Assembly (NCBI RefSeq): GCF_009914755.1
Contig: NC_060929.1
Source of the DNA: the human T2T-CHM13v2.0 reference genome, Homo sapiens
DNA: 64,000 nt
Strand: one strand, 5' to 3'
How positions within the stretch are numbered: the first letter of the stretch is position 1; each line of letters starts with the position of its first letter. The notes under the pieces were generated by a model, which searched no databases, was not told the DNA's origin, and was given only the letters and a program-made list of their open reading frames with translations. Of this stretch, positions 38,151 to 52,760 are shown one piece after another. Both the position numbers and the translations under genes were made by a program.

Positions 38151-40049
38151 AAACAAAACTCACCTAAACCTCAGTTTTCTCATTTTAAAAATTGTAGCCA
38201 CTATTATTATTTTCTTAAAAATGATCCTTTTCCATGGAAAGATTGTCTTGGTCAGGATTCCTAAGTCATTGCTTTGATTATCACTTGCCATTTTGTGTCA
38301 CTGATAAATAAAGATAAAACGCATTTATGAAAAACATCTATTACTATGCTCCATACACACTGGCAACTTGCATAACACTTAAATGAATATGACATTTAAT
38401 AAAAGAAACAGAAAAGAGTCAATAATCTTTTCAGAAAGAAGCAGACACCAGACTCCAGACAATGGTGGAACAATTTGCTTTTAAATTCATGCCCTGCCCT
38501 CTTTTCTTACTTTGCAATGGAATGTTTGTTGACTGGGTTGAAGAAGAAGTCTCAAAAATGTTACTGTTTATTTCTCATGGCCTAGGAGGTATCAGGGTGC
38601 TGACATATAGCAGTGTGACTTGTAAATGCATTTTCATAGCTGATAATAATTACTCTCAGTAATTGAGTCTGTTTTGTGATTTCTTCCCTTTTATTTCCCC
38701 TGAAATTACTCCCTCACTGGCCCTCAGAACTCAACCTATGTTTGCATCCTATTCCATTGGTAACAGTAATTCTAGTTGCCTAAATTTAGTATCTGACCTT
38801 CACAAATGTTCAGCCCCCAAATGTCCTGATGTGTCTCATTCTATGGTCCCAAATTGCCACTCATTTATTTCAACAGGAGACAAATACCTAACCCTACCCA
38901 AATCTGGATCTAAATCAGACCTATCTGCAAACTCTACCACCATGGTCATTATTTTGCTTTTAAATAATAATATAAAACAAACAATAATAATGATGATAAT
39001 ACTATAGCAACCATGACCGTTAGTTGAAAGTTGGACTCAGGACAATGCTGGACACTTACACCTAGTCCTCATGACTATCACATGACATAGGTATGATCTC
39101 CACTTTACAATGAGGAATTGAAGCAGGGTGTGTCTCAATAGCTTTGCCAGGACCACATATCCAGTGAAGAGCAGATCTGGGCTCCAGCACAGGTCTGACT
39201 GCAAAGCTCATGGCTGAGAAGGATCAAGAGCTCACCCTGCCTATAAGCAAAGATATATTGGCCCCAGGAATTAATTTGGGTCAAGCTTTTAGAAGAAGAA
39301 AAAGAAATGAGACTTCAAAAACTTACTTTGTTCCTATGTTTCATGGAAAAGAAGAAAATTTAAAAAAAAAAAAGAAAAATTGCTTTGCAAAACTTTTCTC
39401 TATAAGCTAGCCACTGACAACCTTAAGATTCCCTCTTTAATCACAACGGAGCCTAGTCTCCAGACAACTGCTTTTCCTTGATGACAGTGGGCAACTGTGG
39501 TGGCAGATGGGCAATTACACACACATATGACCCTTACATATATACAATCCATAGCAGACATCATTAATCAATCATAGCAATCTTTGCCATAGAGCCCATA
39601 GCTAGTTCCCAGTGATTCTCATTATTCTGCTAAAGCAGCTTCTGGCAATTGGTTATCATTGAAAGATAAGTTAAAAATCATTTACGGTCTCTGTCCTAGA
39701 TGAACTTGTTTGGCTTGTATTTTGATTCTTGCCTTCTACGGTAAATTGGAGAGGTGGAAGGTGAATTGGAGAGGTGTCATCTCGGGACTAGTGTGCTTTG
39801 AAATCTCTCTTCTGAGAGATTCTGTTCATATAGCTGCTCTCAGGATCTGTCAGCCCCCAGAACACTGACGCAGTATCCAGCAACCAGGATTGTATGCACC
39901 TAGTTCTATATGTGCAAAGCAAAAAGGTAGGCAATAATTCGACTGTGCCTAGAAAGATAAAATCTAGGCATCAGTTCCCAACCCTGACTATACACTAGAA
40001 TCACTTAGGGGAGGCTTTAAACTATGCAGATTCAAACACCATTCTAGAT

Positions 40050-40650
40050 TAATAAATTTCACGTCTAGCTATATGTCCTAAAGAACTGAGCAATTCCACA
40101 TCTAGATGTAAGTGCACACATGTGCACAAAGGAGACATGTAAAAAGATGTTCATTATAGCATTGCTTGCAAACGCAAATTATAGGGAAAGCCTAAATGTT
40201 CATCAAATTAACACATAAATAAATTGTGATTATACATACAGCGGAAAACTATGCAGCTGTTTAAATTAACAAAATCATCATGTATCAACATAATTTTAAG
40301 ACACAAGTGAACAACGAAGTTCAAAAATATGTACAGTATATTATGCCATTTATATAAATCTTAAAAGAAGCACATTAATTCCTTGTGTTCTTTATTGGCA
40401 CATTCATATGAGCAAAATAATTAGAAAATAGAGATGTAAACACTAAGTTCTGGATAGTAGTCGCCTACGGGGAAGGTGGGAAGGCAATAGGATGAGGAGT
40501 TTCAACTCTATGTAAAATATTTTACTTTTTAAAGAATTCTAAAACAAATGTGGCTACATATTAATATTTAGCAAAAATGATCAATCAGTTCAAGAGTGTT
40601 TTCATATTATGTTTACATTTTTATATGTGACAAACTACTTCAACATAGAC
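40050..40650 (+). mobile_element. L1ME-type 3' fragment
   Basis: 'gcaattccacatctag...aagatgttcattatagcattg...cctaaatgttcatca'. Confidence 0.65.
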
Positions 40651-41399
40651 ATTACTCTGTGTGCTATTAAGATCAAATGAGATGTATGAAAAGTCATTTG
40701 CACAGTGCACCATAACTGGCAGCCAATAATTGGTCATTAAATGGTAGACAGCTGAATTATGAATTCATCAATTATGCTTAAATATGCTCAAAACATTCAT
40801 AATAATATATTTTAATAACATTTGAAGTAATTTAAATGTCCAATAATAAATTGTTGTGTAGCATATAGTACATTTATTCACATAAATGGACAAATGAAAA
40901 ATTATGCAACAATTGAAATGATGGTTTTGGAGATTAACTTTATGGAAAATGCTTAATGCTTAATATTAAATGAAGGAAACAATATGTAATATTGGATGGA
41001 GATGTGATATCTAATTATGAGGAAACTACTATAAAAATTAACATAAAGCAGAACTCCAGGAGAGGTGAGAGAATTATGAATTATGGGTGGTTTGTCTTTT
41101 CCTCTTTTTGTAATTTTTTGTTCTAATTTCTTATGCTTTACAACATTAAAAAATCAAATGGAATTCATATTTTTCCAGGTAGCCTCCAAAGAATATAGTA
41201 TCACATGATTCATTCTCTCAGAGAACTGAGAGCCTGAGAGAGAAGCAGATATACACACTAGATTTAAGGATAACGATAATGATGAATTTTTGAACACTGG
41301 TTTTTGATTTTACAAAATCTGTGCAAGTTATGAGTTGTTATTTATAATACAAGTGAGGGTCAAAAGATATATGTGACTTTCACATCTTCTCTCACCTCA

Positions 41400-42220
41400 A
41401 ATGCCCTAAAAACACCTCTCCCCTCTCTTCTCTCCATTGTCCCAACTTGATTCCTATGTCACTGAGAAAACTGAAGCCATCACAAGGGAACATCTATAGG
41501 CTCCTTCCAGCACACCCAGCCGCTTGCTAGATTTCCATCCATAGACTCTGACTTCTCACCTGTGTTTGAAGTAGGCTTGTTCCCATCTAGCTGAGCCCCG
41601 CACCCCCGACCTGCATACCAGATTTCATCTCCTCTCTTCCCTTATCATTCTAGCAATTCTCTTCTGTCTTTTCAAAGTAATTAAATTTATCTACTGGGCC
41701 TTTCCCTTCAGCAGAAAAACATGCATTTTTTCATCCCATCAAACTCTTCCTGAGTCCACCATTTATCACCATCTTTGCTCCATTTTGAAAAGAAGTTTTC
41801 TAAAAAACTTCTTTCTGCAAAAGCAACTCATTCACTGCTGCACTGAAAAAGGCTTTCATCAAGGTCAGCAATGAGCTCCATGTGTTGCTGAATCAATGGT
41901 CAATTCTAAGTTCTCATCTTGACCCATCTGACAGAGTGGATTACTCTCAATACACTGTCTTCTACCATACTGTTGGGTTTTCCTTCTTTCATGCTGAATA
42001 TGCTGCTTTGGTGTCTGATGCTGGTTTTTCTGGTTTCAAGACTTTAAACACAGATGTCCTATTGGACATTTCCACTTGGATATCTAATGGAAATTCCAGA
42101 CTTATATTTAAAACTGAATTCTTGGGCTCCCCTCTAAAACCTTCTCTGCTTGTAACCTTCCCCATCTCAGATTATGGCAATTCCATCCTTCCAGTCTTTC
42201 TGCCCCAAAACCTTGACATG
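41400..42220 (+). mobile_element. L2 fragment(s)
   Basis: 'tcaaggtcagcaatgagctccatgt' and 'ggacatttccacttggatatctaatggaaattccagactta'. Confidence 0.7.
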
Positions 42221-42749
42221 TAGTAGGTTTTCAAACCAATGTCCTTGAATGGATGATCTAATAAGCAAGTTGCCTGAATTCACATGGTAGGTAATAGAGG
42301 TGGGTATGTCTAATTCCAAAACCCAAGCTTCTCCATTAAACCCATGCCAAGACAAGTTATTCATATGCTCAGATGAAATCATTTATTGAGATAAAACTTT
42401 AAAAAGAATGACAGGCATGTTATATTTCAAAGGACCCTTAGAAACCTCTGCTTTCATTCCAAATGTGCCTTGGAAAAGTCTCTTCACATCTTTAACTCTG
42501 GGTTCAGGCTTCATGATTCTGAAGTTAGGTCATTGCGACCATATCATGCATGCAGGAAGGAGTCTATGATGACATTTCTACCCACTGATCTTTGAACATA
42601 GGTGTGTGAGAATGGTTGTCCATGGAATGGAGTATAGGTCAGAAAATATGTCATGGTGACTGGCGTGAGAAATGGAAAGATCTTAGATCCACGAGTGTGG
42701 GAGCAGAGTCCTTAGTGAGCAGAGCCTAGGGCTCAGGAAAGCAGTCAGG

Positions 42750-42980
42750 GGCATCCTTCAGAGTGTGGCCTTGGAACTAATCAGACTTAGATTAGAGACC
42801 CAGCTTTGTCATTTGCTGACTAAATGACATAGGCAAGTTACCTAATCATTCTGAGTTTCACTTTCATTATCTGCAAAAAAAAGGATAGTGATAGTATCTA
42901 CTTCATAGAATTGTTGTAAAAAAATATATACAAAGAACTTAGCATGGTGCCATTTACATAGCACACTCAACAGATAGTGG
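42750..42980 (+). mobile_element. MIR
   Basis: 'ggcaagttacctaatcattctgagtttcactttcattatctgcaaaa'. Confidence 0.7.
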
Positions 42981-44156
42981 TTCACAATGTTTGTATTTGT
43001 ATTCATCTCTTCCCAATAAATGTGAGGTTAGTTGGAGAGTTTTGTAGATGTACTATTGCTAAAAGATTCAATGTTTTATCAAGAACAAAGTGAGGATATT
43101 CACTCACATGACTCTTACCCAGCATTGTATTAGAGGTCCTAACTAGTGTAATAAGGTAAGAAAAAATGGTTTCAAATTAGAAAAGAAGAGGTAAAACTAT
43201 CTCTATTCCAGATAGTAAAATTGCTATCTAGTAAATGTCAAAGAATCTATTAAAAAGTTACTAACACTAGTATGTTGTTACAGGATAAAAGAACTCAAAA
43301 ATCAATTCTTTTTCTATATACTAGAAATCTTAAAAGGAGTATAATTTACAATATTGTCAAAGTCATGAAATAAATACATAGACATTTAATAAAATTTGTG
43401 TGAGATCTATATGCTAAAACTAAAAAAAAACTTAAAAATAATTTTAAAAGACTTAAATAGAGAAATATTAATATATCAAGAGCATGTATTGATAGACATA
43501 ACATTTTAAAAGATATTAGTCCTTCCCCAAATTGACATACAGATTTAATATAATCTCAGTTGATATTCTAGTAGAAATTAACAAAAGCTGTAATTTGTAA
43601 GTAAAGGCAAAGGAATGAAAATAGTCAAAACAATTTGAAAAAGAACAAGGTTAGAAAATGTACACTACCTAATTTAAATACTTCATATAAAGGTACAGTA
43701 ATTAAGACAGCATGGTATTGGTTTAAAAATAGACACATAGATCAATGGAATAGAGAGTTTAGACATAGACCCACACATACATGATCAACTGATTTCCACA
43801 GAGGTGTAAAGGTAATTCAGTAGAGAAAAACAATCTTCTCAACAAACTGTGGTAAAATAGCAGACATCCATATGAAAAAAAATACAGACTGAGAAAAGCT
43901 CCACCCATACACTGCATCATAAACAATGAAGTCAAAGTAAGCATAGACTAAAATGTAAATCCTAAAACTGTAAAATTGCTAGAAGAAAGCATAGAAGAAA
44001 ATCTTTATGATCTTACATTAGGCAAAGATGTCTTAGATATGATATCAAAAGCATCATATATATAAAAGAAAGAAATTAATAAATTAGGCTTTGTCTAAAT
44101 GTAAAACTTCTGTCCTTCAAAATTCAGTTAAAGCAATCAAAGGAGAAAACAACCCT

Positions 44157-45084
44157 ACAGAATGGGAGAAAATATTTGCAAACAATGAATCCACCAAAGG
44201 TCTGATATCCAGAATCTATAAGGAACTTACACAAATTCACAAGAAAAAAAAACCATTAAAAAGTGGGCAAAAGACATGAACAGACACTTGTCAAAAGAAG
44301 ATATACACGTGGCCAAAAAGCATGTGAAAAAAATCTCAATATCACTTATCATTAGAGAAATGCAAATCAAAATCACGATGAGATACCATCTCACACCAGT
44401 CAGAATGGCCATTATTAAAAAGCCAAAAAATAACAGAAGCTGGCAAGGTTGTGGAGAAAAGTGAACACTTATGCACTGTTGGTGGGAGTGTAAATTAGTT
44501 CAACCATTGTGGAAAGCAGTGTGGTGATTCCTCAAAGAGCTAAAAACAGAACTACCATTGACCCTGCAATCTCATTACTGGGGTTATACCCAAAGGAATA
44601 TGAATTCTATCATAAAGACACATGCACACATATGTTCATTGCAATACTATTCACAATAGCAAAGACATGAGATCAACCTACATGCTCATCAGTGACAGAC
44701 TGGATAATGAAAATGTAGTACATACACCACTAGAATGCTATGAAGCCGTAAAAACAATAAGGTCGTGTCCTTTGCAGGAACATGGATGGAGCTAGAGGCA
44801 ATTATCCTTAGCAAACTAACACAGCAACAGAAAACCAAATACTGCATGTTCTCATTTATAAAAGATGAGAACACATGAGCGCATAGAGGGGAACAACCGA
44901 CACTGGGACCTACCACAGGGGGAAGGGTGGGAGGAGGGAGAAGAGCAGAAAAAAATAACTATTGGGTACTAGGCTTAGTACCTGAGTGATAAAATAAGCT
45001 GTGCATGAAACCCTCATCACGTGAATTTACCTATATAACAAACCTGCACATGTACCCCAAACCTAAAATAAATGTTTAAAAAAA
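44157..45084 (+). mobile_element. Older L1PA/L1PB-type 3' end nested in L1M
   Basis: [15 protein letters not shown] motif; 3' end 'aacaaacctgcacatgtaccccaaacctaaaataaa'; flanking direct repeat gagaaaacaaccc. Confidence 0.88.
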
Positions 45085-45178
45085 GAGAAAACAACCCCAC
45101 AAAAAATGGGTCTTGTTAACACTTAACAAAAGAAGTATACCAGTGGCAAATGAGCACATGAAAGGTGCCAATTAAAAC

Positions 45179-45476
45179 TGTGGTGGCTCATGCCTATGAT
45201 CAGCACTTTGGGAGGCTGAGGTGAGCAGATCACCTGTGGTCAGGAGTTCGAGACCAGTCTGGCCAGCATGGTGAAACACCGCCTCTACTAAAACTACAAA
45301 AAAATTAGCCAAGCATATTGGTGGGCGCCTGTAATCCCAGCTACTTGGGAGGCTGAGGCAGAAGAATCACTTGAATCCGTGAGGCGGGGGTGGCAGTCAG
45401 CCTAAATCACGCCATTGCACTCCAGCCTGGGCAACAAGAGCGAAACTCAGTCTCAAAAACAAACAAACAAACAAAA
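45179..45476 (+). mobile_element. AluS-type SINE (slightly 5'-eroded) with (CAAA)n tail
   Basis: Alu dimer sequence. Confidence 0.92.
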
Positions 45477-46639
45477 CCCCTGTATTTAAGTATGACTACA
45501 CACCATTTGGGGAAAAAATCAATAATAGTGCTGGTAAGGGTGTGGAGCAACCAGAACTCTCATACATTGCTGGTGAGAATGCAAAATTGGTACAGCCACT
45601 TTAGAAAAATGTTATCCAGGTTTTTTGTAAAGTTAAATATACACTTGCCATATGACCCAGCACTATCGCTCCTAAGTTATTTACCCAAAGAAATGAAAAC
45701 ACATGTTCACACAAAATTCTCTATCTAGATGTTTATAGCCACTTTATTAATAAATACCAAACAGTGGAAACAATCCAAACGCCTTTCTCCTGGTGAAAAG
45801 GTAAATAAACTATATTACATCCATCCATCCAATGGAATACTACTCAACAATTGGAAATGAACTACAGATATACACCACAGCATAGATGAATCTCAAATGC
45901 ATTACTTTAAGTGAAATAAGACTATGCAAAAAGGCAATATTCGGTATGATGTCATTTATATGATGTTCCAGAAAATGAAAATTATAGGGAGAGAAAACAG
46001 ATCGGGGGTTGCCGTGGACTTGTATGGGAGGAGGAGTTGACTACAATGTGGCATGAGGAAATTTCGTGTATGTGATAGAACTATTCTAAATCTTGACTAT
46101 AAAAGAGATTGCACAACAGTATCCATTTGTCCAACCTCATGGAACCATATGCTAGAAAAGAGAATTGTACATTATGGAAACTATACCTCAACATACCTGA
46201 GTTAAAAAAAATTATCTAGTTTGACTGCTGTGTTTCTTCATCAGCAGTTAAAAATTGTTACTCCACTGCCTTTTATCCTCTGTCATTGTATAACGGTATT
46301 TCTTGGTTTAACTACAAGATCTCAGAGTATGTGTCTATTTTCATGTTTGTTATCCTGCTTTCCAAATCCGAGGAGTCATATATTTTATTAAGTGGGGAAC
46401 ATTTTCAGCATTATCTCCTCAAATATTTTATCTCTCATTCTCTCTATTCTCTCTTTATGGAGCATTTATTATAGATGAAATTTATTCTTCACATTTTTAA
46501 AATCCTTTTTATATTTTCCATTTTTTTGTATCTTCTAGTTGCATTCTGAAGAATTTCTTCAGATCTATTTCTCAATTTTCAATTTTCACTTTGGTTGTGT
46601 CTGACCTGTTTTTTAACCATGCCATTGCCTTTTTAAAGT

Positions 46640-48060
46640 AATACTTTTTACTGAAATATAGCATACATACACAAATGTGCATAAATCATAAATGTCAACT
46701 CAAATAATTTTCACAAACCACACTGTGAAATCAGCACCCAGATCAAGAAACTGAATGTTGCTAGCGCTCTGCAGACCCCCTTTGCACTCCCTCTCAGACC
46801 CCCTGCCAAGGCAACAACAATTTTGACTCTAACACCATATGTTAGTTTGACTAGTCTTTGAACTTAATATGGAATGGAATGTTCAATCTGAACTCTTTGG
46901 TTTCTTTTATTCAACATTATGTTTGGGAGAGCCATCATATTGTGTGTAGCATTCATTTCTCGTTGTGGTTTAGTATTCCATTATATTAAGATGCTACAGA
47001 TTATCTATTGCACATTTATGGACATTTGGGTATTTTCCCATTGAAGCTAATTATGAAGAAGGCTATATGAACATTCTTGTACACATCTTTTGGTGCATAT
47101 ATCTTTGCCTTTCTGTTGGGTATATATTTAGGAGTGGAATTGCTGGGTCATAGAAGGATTTTTCCATTGCTGGTGTGACAAGTTGCCACAAATTTAGTGG
47201 CTTAAAACACCACAAATTTACTATCTTACAGTTCTGTAGATTAGAAGTCCAATAAGAATCTCACTAGGTTAAGATAAAGGTGTTATCGGGGCCACCCTCC
47301 TTTCTGGAGGCTCTAGGGGACAATGTGTTTCTTTGCCTTTTCCAGCTTCTAGAGACCACCTGAGTTTTTTTCGTTCACTGACTTTTTGGCTGACTTCCTC
47401 CAGCAGTTTTGGTCTGAATTCTTCTCACTTTCATCTTGTTCTCTCTTCTGGTTCCCGCTACCATTTTTAAGGACCCTTGTAAATGGGCCCACTCAGGTAA
47501 TAGGACAGTCTCCCTATTTCATTTCTCTAATGACTAATGATGTTAAACATCTTTTCAAATGCTAATGGGCCTTTGAAAAGCTTCTTTTCTGAAGTGCCTA
47601 CTTGAATCTTTTGCCCATTTTTTTATTGAGTTTTATATCTTTATTATCAATGTGTATGAGTTCCTTAGGTATTATGAATACTAATCAATTGTGAGATATA
47701 TGTACTATAAATATCTTCTCTCACCGTATAACTTGTCTTTTCACTCTCAAAGTGTTGTCTTTTGACAAATAGAAATTCTTAATTTTAATGTAGCCCAACT
47801 TTCTTTTATTGTTAGTATTTTATGATTATTCTATCTAAGAAATCTTCGCCTACAGATATTCTTCTGTGTTTTCCTTTAGAAAACTTAATTTTTATATGTA
47901 GATCTATAATACATTTGGACTTTCTTTTATAATACAAAGTATAAATTAAAATTCAGTTTTCTCATATGGGTATCCAACTGATGAAAAATTAATTTTTGAA
48001 AATACACTTCAATTCCTACTGCATTTCAGTTTTATCTTTGCCATAAAGGGGTAAACATAG
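46640..48060 (-). mobile_element. Antisense L1ME/MC fragment interrupted by an MLT1 LTR
   Basis: T-rich; 'aggagtggaattgctgggtcata' and 'atgactaatgatgttaaacatcttttca'. Confidence 0.75.
47155..47515 (-). mobile_element. MLT1 (MLT1C-like) LTR
   Basis: 'ccacaaatttagtggcttaaaacaccacaaattta...ctggaggctctaggggacaat'. Confidence 0.75.
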
Positions 48061-48346
48061 ATGTGTGTATCTTTCACTGACTTTTCAATTTGAAATGCAA
48101 TGTTTTTCAATTTACAAGATCTACTAATTTATTTTTCAAATAGCTTTTTTTCATATTTCCCAAATGGTATCCTGTGTTTCTGTAAATGGCACTTTATTCA
48201 AAATGCACTTTTTAATATAACCTCTATCAAATAGTTCTATTATTTGGGCTTCTGGGCCACTAATTCTCAGTTTGTGTGTCGGCTGTCCCCCTCATAGTAG
48301 ATTGCCTCCCTGTGTAGTTTTAATTTTTGTATGTGAGCTTATTTTC

Positions 48347-48621
48347 TTTTTTTTTGTTTCGAGACAGAGTTTGCTCTGGAGTGTAGTGGTGCGATCTTGG
48401 CAACCTCCGCCTCACAGGTTCAAGTGATTCTCCTGCCTCAACCTCCTGAGTAGCTGGGATTACAGCATGCAGCACCACACCTGGCTAACTTTTCTATATT
48501 TAGTAGAGATGGGGCTTCATCATTTTGGCCAGGCTGGTCTTGAACTCCTGGCCTCAGGTGATGCACCCGCCTTGGCCTCCCACAGTGCTAGGATTACAGG
48601 CGTGAGCCACCACACCTAGCC
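48347..48621 (-). mobile_element. Alu with internal deletions
   Basis: Antisense dimer; TSD tgtatgtgagcttattttc / tgtatgtgaatttattttc. Confidence 0.92.
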
Positions 48622-50026
48622 TGTATGTGAATTTATTTTCAATGAGCATTTGTGTGTGTGTGTTTGTGTATAAGAGTCACACACAACATGAGTTCTGGCT
48701 TAACACATGAAAGTTTATTTTTCTCTCATGCAAAGTCTAAGGCTGCCTTTCAAGCAAGTTATTCAGTGATCCAGCTGTTTCCATCTAGTGGCTAAACTGT
48801 CTCAAGACGCAGCTGCCACTGTCACCGAGGAATGAAAGGGAAAGTGGGAGATCCCATGCCTTCTCTTCTATGCTTCAGTCCAGAAGGGACTTGTGTCACT
48901 TACATTCCATTGCCTAGAAGTTGTCACATGATCCTGGCTAATTGCACAAGGCCAGAAACATGGGGAAGCACGTAGATACTTGGTGAGCAGTAAATGTCTC
49001 TGCTCTTCCAATTACCAAATATTCTTTTGCCTGCTTCTTCCCAGTCAAGCCCTCCTCTGCTTGAATGGGATCAGATCTAGACATCGCTCCTCTGAGTTGG
49101 GGGCCTATGAGTCATAGAGACAAGATATCTACCCCTCCATATATCTGCCCCTCTCCTCAACACAGTGGCAGGACACCAGCAGGATAATCTCGACAAACTC
49201 ATTCATTCAGAAGGGGTGAAAAGAGAGACACACAGCAGTCATCAGTCTGTAGCAATTCTGAGATGGCACTGGGCTGATGCTGTGAGGGCCCCTACAATGG
49301 GAATGGGAACTCCTTGATTGTTATATAGTTTTCTTAGGAATGTTCCATAATATCAGGTTCTTGGGAGGTGAATTCTGCCATTTATGGTGTCTACTGACTC
49401 TCCCTCAGGATGGATGCTTTCTCACGTGTGTTGTATGTTTTGTTTGTGAGCTGATCATCAGTAGGGATTTATGTTTGTGTGGGTGTGCTAGTTAGTCCCA
49501 TGTACCCCAAGTTGTGAGAGTGTTTCTGCCAAGTGCTTCTGGGAATCCATCAGTCCAGGACTGTTTTTTTCTAAACATATATTTCTCATTTGGAGATGTC
49601 TATGTTATGCAGGTGGTATAAATTTAGACTCATACTCCCCTAAGCACCAGTTGGGGATTAGATTTCCCATTGAAAGCTTCTGACCTCTCTGAGCCACAGG
49701 ACATTTGGTTAAAGCCTCTTTTGTGGCCTTCCCAGTACCACTTCCCAATTCTCTTTCCAAAAGTATTCTGAAGATGGGCTGTATCCTTCCCATCTATGTA
49801 TTTAGACTTTTACTATTTATGTATGTGTCTAAAAAATGGTATATAGTATTGATATGTCATTTAAATTTATACTAATGGCAACATATTATGGTTATTCTCT
49901 GCAACTTGTTTTTTTCCTATATTTTCAAGATTTAAATATGCTAATAAATATATATCCAGCTCATTCATTTTAGTCACTGTGTAGTATTCCCCTGTAACTC
50001 AACTTTTTCCATTTCTCTGTTAATGA

Positions 50027-50333
<307 letters not shown>

Positions 50334-52360
50334 TAAATTGCTTCCAATTCTTAGCTATAACTTATAATGCTGAATGAATATTCTTTGTACACATTTGTAG
50401 AAGGGTATTTAGGCTATATATTTAGTTATGGAATTACTGGATCATAGAATATGGAGATTATTAACTTTATTAACAAATTACTGTCCAAAATGGTTGTGCC
50501 AACTTATAAGCATTTTAACAGAGAATATAATGTTTGTTGTCGCTTCAACATCCAAGCCAAAACTTGATCTTGTTCAACCTTTTAATTATTTTCCATATGA
50601 CAGATTTAAAATGTTATTTCATTGTAGTTTTAATTTTCAGTTATAAGGCTACTATGAGGTTAAGCTTTTTTCCATTATTATTGGCTTTCCAGGTTTCTTC
50701 TGTAAATTATCTAGTTTTCTATCATGACTTGGCCTTTCCTTTATTGATTTATGAGGAAGTTTTATATTTTTTGATGTAGTCCTTTGTCTGCTCTGCGTAT
50801 TTTATGTGTTTTCTCTGTTTTTATCTTGGACGCCATCCTTAGAGTCCCAGGAAATGCTTACTTGGCTGGAGACGTCTGGAGTTCATTGGCAAGTAATTTA
50901 TTGCTCATGCTTTTCCCACATTGCTACGGTGTGGTGCAGATGCCACAGGAGTAGGTGACATTTCCATGCTCCCCTGGAGCCCACACAGACACTGCACTTG
51001 CAGCTGGATTGGTTTACCTCACTGACTTGTATCTCTCTGGTACTCCTGACTGCTAGCGGGATCCAGGGTACACCACTGGTCACCCTAGACTGGCTGAAGC
51101 CACTTCGCCCGATGCAATCAGAGTGAAAGCGAAAAATGCTGGAGGCTTAAAAAAAAATCACAACATGAGCCACAGCTCACTAGCAGCCAGGGGAAGACAT
51201 CCTACAAGCCTCCTGCAGACTAGAAATGGTGTCTCAATTCAGGACCACTGAACAGGAAGCTTTTCATTTGGCACAGGAAAATTACAAGTCATGAAAACCA
51301 TTGCACTAAGTTTCTACTACAAGGTGTAAGGTTTCATTCTGAGAGATCATCGCAGATGCAGAGGAACAATTTTTATTAGAGGCACTCCAAAGAATAAGGT
51401 ATTTCTTGGTTGTTATTTAAAGAGCACCAGAGAGCCACAGGCAAAGGCCTTCTTTCTTCTCTCCAAAACCTCATTATCTCTGCAGACAAAAAGATTTGAC
51501 ATCTTTTTACTGTTCTCTTTTCCTCTGACCCATATGTCCCTGTTTGCCCCATGCAGTTTCCATCACTAGAAGCACTTCTCTGCTTTAGTTCTGAGTCTCA
51601 GACACATGTCACAAAGTGCTCTAATAGGTTTCCTATGAGGTCCAGGGGCACAGCTCTAAGTATTTTATAGTCATAAAAATATTTGTAATTATCATGTTTT
51701 ATCTTAAATTATTAGGTGAATTTTGTAGTCTACTCCATATTATGTCTGGATTTGACTTAATGACAATATGATGTATTTGAAATTTAATTTTCAGGTAAGT
51801 TGAAGCTCCAGGCATAGGTATCATGTGTATCTTTTGAATAGCCTCCAGTTAGTCTATAAAAATACCCATGGGGCTATGGTTCTGGAGCAAAGGCTTTCTC
51901 TAGCCATCTGTATTGCTACTCTCTAGGACATACACAGGACATCTCAGTCAGATGGTCTATTTGTTGTCCTTTGAGCTTGCTACACTATTTATTATGTGAA
52001 GATGTTTATTGACACTATTTTCCAGAATACTTATACCTTCTCTTCATGTCTCTGAGAACTTGAAGACCCTGCTTCTGTGATAAGATTTCTTAAACTCATG
52101 GAACTCATTCCTTCTTCTATGCTCAAAGTATTTTATACCTTCTTTGGCTGAGAATTTAGAGCATCCTGTCTTATATTGTTGGTACCTATACTGTATACAT
52201 TTATCACTTACTAGACAGCACTTTCCTCAAGGTTGGATCCAGGTCTTAGACCTCTTTGTTTCTCCTGGATTTAATTAGGACAATCCTTTCTAGTAGTAAG
52301 CATCTACATTTTTGGCAACTCTGTATTTGTAGACCAAGATGACATTATTCTCCTAATGGT

Positions 52361-52389
52361 AGAAAAAAAGAAAGAAGAAAGAAAGAAAG

Positions 52390-52440
<51 letters not shown>

Positions 52441-52522
52441 AAAGAAAGAGAAAGAAAAAGAAAGAAAAGAAAGATAGAAAGAGAAAAGAAAGAAAGAAAG
52501 AAGAGAGGAGGAGGAGGAGAAG
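52361..52522. repeat. (GAAA)n compound microsatellite / polypurine tract
   Basis: About 160 nt of almost pure purine with a perfect GAAA core and a GAG tail. Confidence 0.97.
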
Positions 52523-52524
52523 CT

Positions 52525-52760
52525 AACATTGATTGAGTGCCAACTATGTGTCAGGCACCATGCAAGCAGCAATAACACACGATACACATCACGCTCCATC
52601 TTTACAACGACCCTGTCAAGTAGCTGTCATTGTTATCACATTTTATACACAAGAACACTGAGGCTCTTAGGTGTAAAATAACTCCCAAAGATCACACTGC
52701 TATGAGAGCTGGAACTCCAGCCCCTGACTCCCTGATTCTGGGTTTTAAGTTCTTAACTAT
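52525..52760 (-). mobile_element. MIR
   Basis: 'aacattgattgagtgccaactatgtgtcaggcac...acactgaggctc'. Confidence 0.72.

Larger units (their letters stand above)
43070..46210 (+). mobile_element. Old L1M ORF2/3' region carrying nested younger insertions
   Basis: Decayed ORF2 ('aagacagcatggtattgg...atagatcaatggaataga') continuing to a 3'UTR end near 46210. Confidence 0.85.

Noticed and set aside
28346-44916. ORFs with L1 ORF2-like peptides
   Set aside because: Short fragments of decayed L1s; no intact ORF1 or ORF2.
52345-52599. Phe/Leu/Ser-rich hydrophobic ORF
   Set aside because: Translation of the (TTTC)n microsatellite strand.
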